From Gammaproteobacteria bacterium (GTDB lineage: Bacteria > Pseudomonadota > Gammaproteobacteria > Steroidobacterales > Steroidobacteraceae): DNA of 64,000 bases. A program made the position numbers and the translations under genes. The number at the start of each line of letters is the position of its first letter. Within the stretch, counting starts at the first letter, position 1. The DNA lies in NCBI GenBank assembly GCA_037441085.1, contig JBBISV010000003.1, positions 695-64,694 of the forward strand, written 5' to 3'. The notes under the pieces were generated by a model that was not told the DNA's origin, ran no database searches, and saw only the letters and a list, made by a program, of their open reading frames with translations. Below are positions 1-10,876 of this stretch, in pieces.

Positions 1-383
1 ATCTGATCAAACTATGCGGCAATTTCATGATTCTCGCGGCGATCGAGGCGCTCGGCGAGACCATGGCTCTCGCCGGCAAGGCCGGGATCGATCAGGCGAC
101 GGTGCTGGAGGTGCTGACCGGTTCGCTGTTCGACGCGCCGGTGTACCGCAACTACGGCGCCATCATGCTGGAGGAGCGCTACCGACCCGCGGGATTCGCG
201 GCACCGCTCGGGCTCAAGGACATGCGACTCGCGGCCGAGTCCGCGGAAGCGCTGCGCGTGCCGATGCCGGTGCTGTCACTGTTGCGGGATCGTCTCCTCG
301 AGACGATCGCGATCGACGGACCGGAAACCGACTGGTCGACCATCGCGCGCGCCTCGGCGCGAGCGGCCGGACTCATCCGCTAG
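1..383 (+). CDS. beta-hydroxyacid (3-hydroxyisobutyrate/6-phosphogluconate-like) dehydrogenase family protein, C-terminal part; 5' end outside window
   Basis: Frame 3 is open from the window edge (LIKLCGNFMILAAIEALGETMALAGKAGID...) to TAG 381-383. The pattern is typical of the helical C-terminal domain of this family. The listed ORF 27-383 is only the ATG-trimmed tail. Confidence 0.7.
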   Translation, partial: LIKLCGNFMILAAIEALGETMALAGKAGIDQATVLEVLTGSLFDAPVYRNYGAIMLEERYRPAGFAAPLGLKDMRLAAESAEALRVPMPVLSLLRDRLLETIAIDGPETDWSTIARASARAAGLIR

Positions 384-470
384 CCCGCCGCCATTGAGCT
401 TCTCGCGCCCCTATCGGCGCTGGCGGCGAGCGGCGATAATCATCGCTCGCGCCGGTCCCAGAGGTTTGCC

Positions 471-1400
471 ATGTTCAATGTGCGGCGATTCGATCTCAAT
501 CTGCTGATCTCTCTGGATGCGCTGCTCCGCGAGAAAAACATCAGCCGCGCGGCCGACAGGCTCGGCGTGTCGCAGCCCGCGATGAGCGCCAATCTGCACA
601 GATTGCGGGCGTACTTCGACGACCCCTTGCTCGTGCGCGTCGGAAGGAATTTGGAATTCACGCCACGCGGGGCATCGCTGCTCGAGCCGGTGCGCGAGGC
701 GTTGTTGCGGATCGAAGCCACGCTCGGAACGCAGCCGACGTTCGATCCGGCCACGACACAGCGCGAGTTCACGATCATCGTGTCGGAGGAGGCGGTGCCC
801 GATCTGCTGCCGGAGCTGCTCAAGCGGCTCGCACTCAAGGCGCCGGGAATGTGCTGCCGGGTGCAACTCATCTCGGAAAGCATCCTGACGAGACTGGAAT
901 ACGGCGAGGCGGACCTCTGCATCTGCCTCGACAGCCTGCGGCTATATGCGGCGCGCGCCTGGCCCGACACTCTGGGCATGATTCGATTGCGGCCGGTGCG
1001 CTGGATTTGCGCGGTTGATGCCGCGCACCCGACCGTCGGCGAAACCCTGACCGCCGAGCAGTTCCTTGCCCTGCCGCACGCGTTCGGCGCGCCCAGCGCC
1101 TACTCGGTCAGCACCGAGGAGTTGGTGCGCCGCTTGTTCGACATCGACCTGACCGTACAGCTCGCGGTGCCGAGCCTTCTGCATCTTCCGCTGGTGCTGG
1201 CCGGCACCTCCTACGTCGCGACGATGCCCGAGCGTGTGCTGCGATTGGCGGCCCACGCGTCGCCGCTGAAGTCATTCCCCGCGCCCTTTCCGACGCCGGT
1301 ACAACACGAGGCGCTGCTGTGGCACAAACGGCAGGAACCGGATCCGGCGCACGCCTGGCTGCGCGAACTCATCGTCGAGATTGCCGGCGAATTGCCGTGA
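471..1400 (+). CDS. LysR family transcriptional regulator
   Basis: 309 aa. The N-terminal winged HTH (LNLLISLDALLREKNISRAADRLGVSQPAMSANLHRLR) is typical of LysR/NodD-like regulators. AGAGG lies 6 nt upstream of ATG 471. Confidence 0.9.
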   Translation: MFNVRRFDLNLLISLDALLREKNISRAADRLGVSQPAMSANLHRLRAYFDDPLLVRVGRNLEFTPRGASLLEPVREALLRIEATLGTQPTFDPATTQREFTIIVSEEAVPDLLPELLKRLALKAPGMCCRVQLISESILTRLEYGEADLCICLDSLRLYAARAWPDTLGMIRLRPVRWICAVDAAHPTVGETLTAEQFLALPHAFGAPSAYSVSTEELVRRLFDIDLTVQLAVPSLLHLPLVLAGTSYVATMPERVLRLAAHASPLKSFPAPFPTPVQHEALLWHKRQEPDPAHAWLRELIVEIAGELP

Positions 1401-1409
1401 ACGCCGGAT

Positions 1410-2444
1410 CTATCGCAGCCTGATCACCACCTTGCCGAAGTGTCGGCCCGATTCGAGCCGCTGATACCCCGCCTCCGCGTCCGCGAATTCGTAGACGCGA
1501 TCGATCACGGGGCGGATTTGGTGGCGTTCGATGAAGGCGTTCATCGACTCGAAATCCGCGCGCGAACCGACATAGATGCCGCTTGCGGTCGCGTTGGCGT
1601 GGAGCAGCGCCATCGCCGGAATGTCGCCGCCAAAACCGGCCAGACCTCCGATCAAGGCGACGTGCCCGCCCTCCGCGAGACTCGCTAGCGACTGTTGCAG
1701 CGTGCCGCGGCCGCCGACCTCGAGGACCTGGTGCACTCCGACCCCGCCGGTCGCCGCCCGCACCGATTCCGCCCATTGCGGGTTGTTCGAATAATTGATC
1801 GAGGCGGCGGCGCCCAGCTCCGTCGCGCGCGCGAGCTTCGCGTCGCTCGAGCTCACCACGATCGGCCGGCCGCCGGCGGCGACGGCGAACTGCAATCCAA
1901 AGATCGCGACGCCGCCCGTGCCAAGTATCAATACGTTGTCGCCCGGTTTCATGCGTCCGCGCGAAAACAGCCCATTCCAGGCTGTGACCGCGGCGCACGG
2001 CAGTGTGGCCGCCTCCTCGAACGAGTACCCTTCGGGAATCCCCACCAATCCATCTTCCGACAGGCACACATAGTCGGACAGCATGCCGTCGAGCTGCCCT
2101 CCCAACGCGGATGCCAACGCGCCGGCCGGCGGGCGGCCGCCAATCCAGCGCTGAAAGAAGCCGGCCGCAACGAGATCGCCCGGCCGGAACCGCTTCACCG
2201 CGGGTCCGATCCCCACGACTTCGCCCGAACCGTCCGACAGCGGCACCAATTGCGGGCGCGGCGGCATCGGGTACTGGCCCTTCAGGACGTACACGTCGCG
2301 GTGGTTCAGCGACGTCGCATGCACCCGCACCAGCACCTCCCCGGCCGCCGGCACCGGCACGGGCGCTTCCTCCACCGTCAATCGGTAGCTGCCGTCCGCC
2401 CGGCGCAGCAGCTGCGCGCGACGCTGCACGGATCCTGCCGTCAT
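1410..2444 (-). CDS. zinc-type alcohol dehydrogenase / NADPH:quinone oxidoreductase family (MDR superfamily) protein
   Basis: 344 aa with the GroES-like N-terminus (GEVLVRVHATSLNHRD), Rossmann motif LILGTGGVAIFGLQFA and the C-terminal HFGKVVI signature common in quinone-oxidoreductase-like MDRs. Confidence 0.9.
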   Translation of the reverse strand: MTAGSVQRRAQLLRRADGSYRLTVEEAPVPVPAAGEVLVRVHATSLNHRDVYVLKGQYPMPPRPQLVPLSDGSGEVVGIGPAVKRFRPGDLVAAGFFQRWIGGRPPAGALASALGGQLDGMLSDYVCLSEDGLVGIPEGYSFEEAATLPCAAVTAWNGLFSRGRMKPGDNVLILGTGGVAIFGLQFAVAAGGRPIVVSSSDAKLARATELGAAASINYSNNPQWAESVRAATGGVGVHQVLEVGGRGTLQQSLASLAEGGHVALIGGLAGFGGDIPAMALLHANATASGIYVGSRADFESMNAFIERHQIRPVIDRVYEFADAEAGYQRLESGRHFGKVVIRLR

Positions 2445-2474
2445 GCGGTTGTGGGGCCGATGGTGCGGGACAAA

Positions 2475-3371
2475 TCAATACCCCGCGGCGGCCGCGACCG
2501 GCGCGTCGATTCGCCGCTGGGGGCGGCGGCCGCCCGCACCTCGCGCGCGGAATTCGCGCGGTGTCGTGCCGAAATAGGAGCGGAAAACGCGGCCGAAGTG
2601 GGTGGCGCTGTTGAATCCGTGATCGAAGGCGATCGATGTGACCGTGCGGCCGTGCTGGCTGCCCGATAGCAGCGCCTCGGAGCACGCGTCGAGTCGGCAT
2701 TTGAGAATGTAACGGGCCACGGTTTCATCACCGTCGGAAAACAGATAGTGCAGGTAACGCGTCGTGATGCCGCACGCGGTGGCGATCTTCAACGGCGTCA
2801 GGTCGGCGTCGTAAAGATGCGCGTGGATGTAGTTGAGTATGCGTATCCGGTGCGCCGTGCCGCGCACCGAACGCTCGACGCCCGTTCGCGGGACCGCCGC
2901 ATAGGCGGCGCCGAGCAATTCGAGGATCGCGACGGCGATCTGCGCCGCCGGGGCGTCTTCGATCGACTGCCGGCAATGCAGCCAAAAGCTGCGCAGGAAG
3001 CCCGAAAGCAGGCCGCTGACGCCGGTCGGCGCGCGCATCGGCACGGCGGACAAGGATTCGGGACAGGCAATGTAGCGGCGGATCTTCGCGGTCGGAATCG
3101 TCAAGGCCAGCATGCGGCTGCCGCCGTCGAGCTGAATTTCGTGGGGCCGCCCGCCGTCGCACAGAATGAAATCTCCACCGTGCAGCAGCGCCTCCCGCCC
3201 GTCCTGGCGAACGGTGCCCTCGCCGTCGAGCGGAACATAGAGCGAAAATTCCGGAACACGGGCGGACGCGGCGAGTCCGCGGCCATACCGCCGTACGGCG
3301 TCCGCACCCAGTTCGGCGATCTTCAGATCGCCAAGCGCCGACCAGGCGATCATTGACTCGACGCAGCCCAT
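2475..3371 (-). CDS. AraC family transcriptional regulator
   Basis: C-terminal double HTH (LTPLKIATACGITTRYLHYLF ... FNSATHFGRVFRSYFGTTPREFR) with a cupin-like N-terminus. Start set at ATG 3371 (MGCVESM). The 117 upstream codons of the listed 415-aa ORF are Arg/Cys-rich and look non-coding. Confidence 0.85.
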   Translation of the reverse strand: MGCVESMIAWSALGDLKIAELGADAVRRYGRGLAASARVPEFSLYVPLDGEGTVRQDGREALLHGGDFILCDGGRPHEIQLDGGSRMLALTIPTAKIRRYIACPESLSAVPMRAPTGVSGLLSGFLRSFWLHCRQSIEDAPAAQIAVAILELLGAAYAAVPRTGVERSVRGTAHRIRILNYIHAHLYDADLTPLKIATACGITTRYLHYLFSDGDETVARYILKCRLDACSEALLSGSQHGRTVTSIAFDHGFNSATHFGRVFRSYFGTTPREFRARGAGGRRPQRRIDAPVAAAAGY

Positions 3372-3418
3372 GTGCCCCCTCCCCCCGAACCGATGCCCGG
3401 TTAACCGGTTTTCGATAG

Positions 3419-3464
3419 TTATACGTAGCCGCATGGACCACAACAAGCAGGCGGCGCTTATACG
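3419..3464. repeat. bipartite TTATACG ... CATGGA ... TTATACG element (first copy)
   Basis: gTTATACGTAGCCGCATGGACC...GCTTATACGTGG lies in the AraC/O-demethylase divergent region, 48 nt upstream of the AraC start. Confidence 0.3.
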
Positions 3465-3486
3465 TGGTATTGGCGCGGCTGCATGA

Positions 3487-5058
<1,572 letters not shown>

Positions 5059-5074
5059 TTCGAACGCCGCTTGG

Positions 5075-5108
5075 CCGCGCTGCCCGGTCTGCTCGGGCGG
5101 GAGCGCGG
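5075..5108. terminator. candidate bidirectional hairpin between convergent genes
   Basis: CCGCGCT+GCCCG (5075-5086) can pair with CGGGC (5094-5098) and AGCGCGG (5102-5108), with a 3-nt bulge. It lies between the O-demethylase stop (5058) and the hydrolase stop (5109). There is no U-tract. Confidence 0.3.
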
Positions 5109-5828
5109 CTAAGCGTCCGCGTCGAGCCAGGTTTCGAGCGCCGTCAGGACTTCCGCCGGGCGTTCCATCGTCGACATGTGCCCGCAGTCATCGATGGCCG
5201 CGAGCCGCGCACCGCTGATCACCGAAGCCATGTCCTGGTGACGCGCGAGCGGACTCCACGCGTCCTCGCGCCCGCAAAGAATCAGCGTCGGAACGCGGAT
5301 CCGCGCCAGCAGGCTGTCGGCCGACGGCCGGTCGAGCAGCGCACGGATCTGCGCCGCGAAGATCGCGACGCTTTTCCGCTCGATCATCGCAAGAATGGCG
5401 TCCATCAGCGGCGCATCCTGCAATCGTAGCGGATGAACCATGCCCTGCACCCACTCGAGTCCCATCGCGCGCATGCCGAGCCTTGCCGCCAGGTCGAGCA
5501 GCCGGTGGCGCTTGCGCGCTTCTTCCGCCCCGGCTTCACCTTCGGGCCGCGCCTGATAGCCCGTGTCCAGCAGCGCAAGCCGCGCGACGCGCTGCGGCGC
5601 GGCACGCAGGATCTCCAGCGCCACGCGCCCTCCCATGGAATGACCGGCCACGCAAAAGCGCGCCGGCGCCGCGGACAACACCCGCTGGGCCATCGCGGGA
5701 ATCGAATCCGACGCGTCATAATCGGCGACCACGCACTCGCGTCGGGTTGAAATGGCGGCGACCTGCCGCTCCCAGACCGCCGCGTCGCAGACCAGACCGG
5801 GGAGAAACACCACGGGTTCCCGCGTCAT
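5109..5828 (-). CDS. alpha/beta hydrolase fold protein
   Basis: 239 aa with the nucleophile elbow GHSMGG and a C-terminal DCGHM catalytic His region. It starts 4 nt after the stop of the upstream ligase, so it is probably co-transcribed. Confidence 0.85.
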   Translation of the reverse strand: MTREPVVFLPGLVCDAAVWERQVAAISTRRECVVADYDASDSIPAMAQRVLSAAPARFCVAGHSMGGRVALEILRAAPQRVARLALLDTGYQARPEGEAGAEEARKRHRLLDLAARLGMRAMGLEWVQGMVHPLRLQDAPLMDAILAMIERKSVAIFAAQIRALLDRPSADSLLARIRVPTLILCGREDAWSPLARHQDMASVISGARLAAIDDCGHMSTMERPAEVLTALETWLDADA

Positions 5829-5832
5829 TGCG

Positions 5833-7824
5833 TCAATCCCCGCGCAGCGAATAATCGCGCTGGGTCGCGGCGTAATCGATGAAGAAATCGAGCGCGGCGG
5901 GTTCCGCCATCGCGCTGCGGTTGGCGGCTTTTTCCGGCGGCACCCCTTGCAGGATGCGCCGCACCGGGACCTCCATCTTCTTGCCGGTGAGCGTCATCGG
6001 GATGGCCGGCACGGGAATGATCTCGTCCGGAACGTGGCGCGGAGTGTATTGGCGGCGCAAGGTGTCGCGGATGACCTCGGCCACGGCCGACGGCACCGCA
6101 CCGGGGGCGAATTTCACGAACAACGGCATGAAAAACCGGCCATCCGGCAGATCCAGGTTGACGATCAGGCTGTCCTCCACCTCCGGCAGCGCGGCGAGCG
6201 CGCGATAGATCTCGGCGGTACCGATCCGCACGCCGTAGCGGTTCAAGGTCGCATCGGAACGGCCGAGCACGCAACAACCGCCGCTCGCGCTGATTCGCAG
6301 GAAATCGCCGTGTCGCCAGACACCCGGGAAGTGCTCGAAATAGGCCTCGCGATAGCGCGCGCCTCCGGGATCGTTCCAAAACCCGACGGGCATCGACGGC
6401 AGCGGCGCGGTGATCACGAGTTCGCCCACTTCATCGAACACGCTCCGCCCGCCGTCGTCGAATGCCTTGATCGCAACGCCGAGCGACGGTGCTTGAATCT
6501 CGCCGGCGCGCACCGGCAGCGTTGGCACGCCGCCGACGAATCCGGTGCAGCAATCGGTGCCGCCGCTTCCGTTTGCGACCCACAGATCCGATTTGACGTT
6601 GCGGTAGAACCAGGCCATGCAATCCGGCGTCGCCGGCGACCCGGCGAGCGAAATGCTGCGCAGACTCTCGAGGTCATGGCGTTCGCGCGGAACGATGCCC
6701 GCGCGCGCCATCTGCTCGACGTAACTGGGGCTCGCCCCGAACATCGTGGCTCCCGCGTCCTGCGCCAGCTTCCACAGCGCATCGGGGGCGGGATGCGAGG
6801 GACTGCCGTCATAGAGAACCGGCACCGCACCGCAGGCGAGCGTGCTTGCCAGAAAATTCCACAGCATCCATCCGGTCGTCGTGAAAAACATCAGCCGGTC
6901 GCCGGGATGCAGGTCGAAGTGGAATGTCGCGTTCTTCATCGTTTCCAGCAGGATTCCGCCGTGCCCATGGACGATCGCCTTCGGCAGACCGGTCGTGCCC
7001 GACGAGAACAGCGTCCACAAGGGGTGGTCGAACGGAACCCGCTCGAAGGAGAACGCGGCCGCGTCGATCGGCGGATGATCCAGCATTTCGGCCCAACTGA
7101 GCGCTCCCGGCCGCGGGCTGTCCGTGGCGGCCGGGTCCAGGTAGGGCAGATGGATCAGGTGCTGCACGCTGCCGAGGCCGGCCAGGATCCGTTCGAGCTC
7201 GCCGCGACGATCCCGCGGCTTGCCGCCGTAACGATACCCATCGATGCAGAACAATACTTTCGGCGACAGCTGCGCAAGCCGATCGAGCACGCCGCGCTCG
7301 CCGAAATCCGGCGAACAGCACGCCCAGATGGCGCCGATCGCGGTGGTCGCCAGCATCGCGACCATCGTCTGCGGAATGTTGGGCATCCAGGCGGCCACCC
7401 GATCGCCAGGCCGTACGCCCATGGCGCGCAGCCGCGTCGCCACGATGCGCACCTGCGCGCCGAGCTCAGTCCAGGTCATGGGCTCGGGCGGACGGTCCTC
7501 GGACGAGTACAAGAGCGCGAGCGTCCCGTGGCGCTCCGCGCGCAGCACGTTCTGGGCGTAATTCAGGCGCGCGCCCGGAAACCACTCGGCACCGGGCATC
7601 GCGCGCCGGCCCAGAACGGCCGTGTACGGGCTGGCGTCAATCTCGAAGTATTCCCAAAGCGCGCCCCAGAATGCCTCGAGGTCGTCGACCGACCAGTTCC
7701 ACAGGCTCATGTAGTCCGGGAACGACAAGCCGCGACTGCGTTTCAGCCATCCTAAGAACGCCGTTACGTTCGCATGCTCCTTGCGCGCTTCATCCGGGCA
7801 CCACAGTACTTCGCCGGCTCGCAT
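5833..7824 (-). CDS. acetoacetate-CoA ligase (acetoacetyl-CoA synthetase family, ANL superfamily)
   Basis: 663 aa. The N-terminal block (VTAFLGWLKRSRGLSFPDYMSLWNWSVDDLEAFWGALWEYF) is typical of acetoacetyl-CoA synthetases. AMP-binding motifs FSSGTTGLPK and YRHGD-like WRHGDF are present. Confidence 0.9.
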   Translation of the reverse strand: MRAGEVLWCPDEARKEHANVTAFLGWLKRSRGLSFPDYMSLWNWSVDDLEAFWGALWEYFEIDASPYTAVLGRRAMPGAEWFPGARLNYAQNVLRAERHGTLALLYSSEDRPPEPMTWTELGAQVRIVATRLRAMGVRPGDRVAAWMPNIPQTMVAMLATTAIGAIWACCSPDFGERGVLDRLAQLSPKVLFCIDGYRYGGKPRDRRGELERILAGLGSVQHLIHLPYLDPAATDSPRPGALSWAEMLDHPPIDAAAFSFERVPFDHPLWTLFSSGTTGLPKAIVHGHGGILLETMKNATFHFDLHPGDRLMFFTTTGWMLWNFLASTLACGAVPVLYDGSPSHPAPDALWKLAQDAGATMFGASPSYVEQMARAGIVPRERHDLESLRSISLAGSPATPDCMAWFYRNVKSDLWVANGSGGTDCCTGFVGGVPTLPVRAGEIQAPSLGVAIKAFDDGGRSVFDEVGELVITAPLPSMPVGFWNDPGGARYREAYFEHFPGVWRHGDFLRISASGGCCVLGRSDATLNRYGVRIGTAEIYRALAALPEVEDSLIVNLDLPDGRFFMPLFVKFAPGAVPSAVAEVIRDTLRRQYTPRHVPDEIIPVPAIPMTLTGKKMEVPVRRILQGVPPEKAANRSAMAEPAALDFFIDYAATQRDYSLRGD

Positions 7825-7869
7825 GGCTCACTCCAACCCACTATGGCCGACCGGACCGCGGCGCGGGCC

Positions 7870-10527
7870 TCACTCCTCCATTCGCATGCGCAGACTGAGA
7901 TACCACTCCCGCGGCGGATTGTAGTATCCGTCGATGAAGCCGGCTCCGTAATTCGGCTGCCCGGTGGTGACGTAGCGGTCGTCGGTCAGGTTCGTCCCCC
8001 CCACGGCGACGTCGTACTGCCCGGTGGGCGAGACGAAATGCAGGGAGGCATCGAGCATGCGGCTCGCCGGGCGCCACAGCTGCGGCGTGTTCAAGGAATC
8101 GTTGAACATGCTGGACGTGTACGTGAACACGGGCAGGAAGCGGATCTGGGCGGAGCTCGACAGCACGTAGTCGTACTCCGGATCGAACGTGAACTTCCAC
8201 TTCGGTGTCTTCGGCAATTTCGCGTCCAGCGGAGAATTGCCGTAGCCCGCCAGGCCGCATATCGGCGGACCCGCCGGGCACACGGTCGTGCCGTCCGGCA
8301 GCGCGTACTGCGGGAAATTCGCGTTCGGGTCGGCCGACGTGTAGTACGCGTCGAGGTAGGAGGCCGAGCCGTTGAGCCGCAGCCCCGTGTCGCCGACGAT
8401 CGACTCCACCTGGGCCTCCCAGCCCCTGATCTTGGCGTTGCCGGCGTTGGTGAGCACCGGCGAAATGCCGCGCTGGATGTTGAGCTGGATCCCGCTGAAG
8501 TTCGTGTCGAAGACGTCGGTATTCACGATCAAGTGCCGGTCGAACCACTCCGACTTCACGCCGAGTTCCCAGGACTTCGAGGTCTCCGGACCGTACTCGG
8601 CGTCTTTCGGCGTCGGCACGACGGCGGAAAGTCGCGTCGTCCAGCCCCCGGCCATGAAGCCCTTGCTCCAGCTGAGGTAGGCCATCACGTCGTCGTTGAA
8701 GTGAAACTGGATTCCACCCGTCGGATCGAAGATGTGCCACTGCTGGCTGTCCGGTATCGCCGGAAAGTAGCGCGTGTAGGGCTGCCCGGTGATCTGTGGG
8801 CCGAGAGTGGAACCCAGCGGGAACGAATTCAGATCGCTCTGACCGCCGAGGAAATACGCCTGGGCATCGGTGTAGCGTCCACCGACCGTGAAGCCCCAAT
8901 GCTTCGTCGGATTGTAATCCGCGTGGAAAAAGCCGGCATAGTCGACGTTCTGGGCGTCGTTCGAAACGTCGTACACCTGGAGCAGCCCCTCGAAGGGGAC
9001 ATAGTCATGCACGTAACCGGCTTCCTTGAAGTAATACAGGCCGGCGACATAATTCAGCTTGTCGTTCAGCGCGTGGCCGAGCAGTTGGAACTCCTGCGAG
9101 ATCTGCCACTGGTGCTGGTCGTCGGTTACCTCGAACATCGTCTCCGGCGTGCCGTCGAGGTCGGTGCCGATGTGCCAGCGCAACTGGCGATATCCGGTGA
9201 TCGATTTCAAGCTGAGACTGTCGTTGATCTCGTAGTCGCCGGTCGCGGAGAAGCCGAACACGTCATTGCGCGCAAAATTCGGTCCGCTGGCATAGGTCGT
9301 GCCGAGATTGCCGGTGGTCGATGCGGCGTTGCCGAGATAGATGCGCGGGTTGTTCGAGCCGAGATAGGCCGTGCCCGGATGGTTGTTGTAGTTGTACGGG
9401 CCCGGCGGCCCGCCGACGTAACCCGCGCCGAGCAGCGGAGCGCCGCCGATCGACAAGCCGGGCACCTGCGCACGCGGCTGCGCACAGGCCCCCGCGAACA
9501 GATTGTTCGGCGGCGAGCCGACGCCGAATACGCCGAAGGAGGCGCCGGCAATCGCCGCGGGCAGCGTCGCGGCGCTGTTGGCGATACACAGGTTGTAGAG
9601 CGTCGAGAACGTCGCGGACAGCAGGTTTCCCTGGAATGCGCCCAGCACGACGTTCGGCATGGCGGTCTGGTTCTCATGCGACCAGTCACCGGTGAACGTG
9701 AATTTCAGCCTGTCGCTCGCGAACCAAAGCACCTTCGAGCGCACCGTCGTGAGGCCGGTGCCGCCGTATTCGCTAGCGGTCTGATAGCCGGACTTCGGGT
9801 AGGCCGTCTGCGGATCCACCACGTACGGCGCCTGCCCGTATGGAGAACTCGTCGGGTACGGCACGACCCGCTGCCAGCCGTTCTGATTTTGACTGCCGAC
9901 GGTGACGCTCGCGAGCAGCTTGTCCTTGATGATCGGAATGTCGGCCGTAAATGCGATGTCACGGCGATCGAACCGTCCGGTGGTGACCTGGGCGATGAAT
10001 CGCGGCTTGTTCCCTGGAGTGTGGGTGATGATGCTGATCGCTCCGCCGATCGTGTTGGCCCCGAACAGCGTGCCTTGGGGGCCCTTCGCGATCTCCACGC
10101 GGTCGACGTCCAGGAGATTCACATTCGCGCCGACGGTGCGGGCCAGATAGATTCCATCGAGATAAACACCGACCGCCGGATTGGTGTTGATCGCGAAATC
10201 GCTCTGGCCGATGCCGCGAATGGATGCGGACAGCACCGAGTTGTCGCCCGAGAACGGCGAACCCGCATCCAGGGTGACGCCCGGCGTGAGCGCCGTGAGC
10301 GACTGCAGACTGGTCATTCCCTTCGCCTGCATCTGTCCGCCGGTGAAGGCGGTGATGGCGATCGGCACGCTCTGTATGTTCTGCCGGCGCTTCTGCGCGG
10401 TCACGACGATTTCCTGAAGCTGCGCCTGTGGCTGCGCCGCGATGACGGCATGAGACGCGGAAAGGTCCAAACCGCAGATTGCGAGCGACAGGAACGCCCG
10501 ATGGCGCATGGGTAGTCTCAATTTCAT
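7870..10527 (-). CDS. TonB-dependent receptor
   Basis: 885 aa from ATG 10527 (MKLRLPMRHRAFLSLAICG...), with a signal peptide and plug domain (LQEIVVTAQKRRQNIQSVPIAITAF, VEIAKGPQGTLFGANTIGG) followed by a long beta-barrel. AGGGGGA precedes the start. The upstream part of the listed 1023-aa ORF was rejected. Confidence 0.9.
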   Translation of the reverse strand: MKLRLPMRHRAFLSLAICGLDLSASHAVIAAQPQAQLQEIVVTAQKRRQNIQSVPIAITAFTGGQMQAKGMTSLQSLTALTPGVTLDAGSPFSGDNSVLSASIRGIGQSDFAINTNPAVGVYLDGIYLARTVGANVNLLDVDRVEIAKGPQGTLFGANTIGGAISIITHTPGNKPRFIAQVTTGRFDRRDIAFTADIPIIKDKLLASVTVGSQNQNGWQRVVPYPTSSPYGQAPYVVDPQTAYPKSGYQTASEYGGTGLTTVRSKVLWFASDRLKFTFTGDWSHENQTAMPNVVLGAFQGNLLSATFSTLYNLCIANSAATLPAAIAGASFGVFGVGSPPNNLFAGACAQPRAQVPGLSIGGAPLLGAGYVGGPPGPYNYNNHPGTAYLGSNNPRIYLGNAASTTGNLGTTYASGPNFARNDVFGFSATGDYEINDSLSLKSITGYRQLRWHIGTDLDGTPETMFEVTDDQHQWQISQEFQLLGHALNDKLNYVAGLYYFKEAGYVHDYVPFEGLLQVYDVSNDAQNVDYAGFFHADYNPTKHWGFTVGGRYTDAQAYFLGGQSDLNSFPLGSTLGPQITGQPYTRYFPAIPDSQQWHIFDPTGGIQFHFNDDVMAYLSWSKGFMAGGWTTRLSAVVPTPKDAEYGPETSKSWELGVKSEWFDRHLIVNTDVFDTNFSGIQLNIQRGISPVLTNAGNAKIRGWEAQVESIVGDTGLRLNGSASYLDAYYTSADPNANFPQYALPDGTTVCPAGPPICGLAGYGNSPLDAKLPKTPKWKFTFDPEYDYVLSSSAQIRFLPVFTYTSSMFNDSLNTPQLWRPASRMLDASLHFVSPTGQYDVAVGGTNLTDDRYVTTGQPNYGAGFIDGYYNPPREWYLSLRMRMEE

Positions 10528-10876
10528 CACGGTCAATCCCCCTGTTTCGGAATCAGTCGACCCGACCGCGCCATATGCTCCGCCCGGCCACCGGCGGGCT
10601 TCGATCGGGTGGCCCGCCTGGGAGCACCCGCCGAACGCGGTTCGTTGTCTCGACGCATATCGAGCGTAGCCAACGGCGACGGCCATTGCGCGGTTCACAG
10701 CGCAAGACTTATGAACTGACAGCGCAAGAGCGCGACGAGAAAGCCGTTGCCCGCGTGCAACATGCTGGCGCCGGACGGCGGCTTGCAGTCCGGGACCGAC
10801 CCCTTGCACGGTGGTCCGCGTGGATTGGGGCCGGGCGCGATTAGAATCCCTGCCGACGCCGGCGGGAGCCAAAGCC

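Noticed and set aside
384-470. Short inverted repeat GCGAT-AATC-ATCGC upstream of the LysR gene, as a possible LysR T-N11-A box or terminator
   Set aside because: The arms are only 5 bp, with imperfect extensions. It fits neither a convincing T-N11-A site nor a stable terminator.
10528-10876. Possible riboswitch (for example cobalamin) in the leader of the TonB-dependent receptor gene
   Set aside because: Only generic GC hairpins were seen. I could not find a B12-box-like or other recognisable riboswitch core by eye. A covariance-model scan would be needed.
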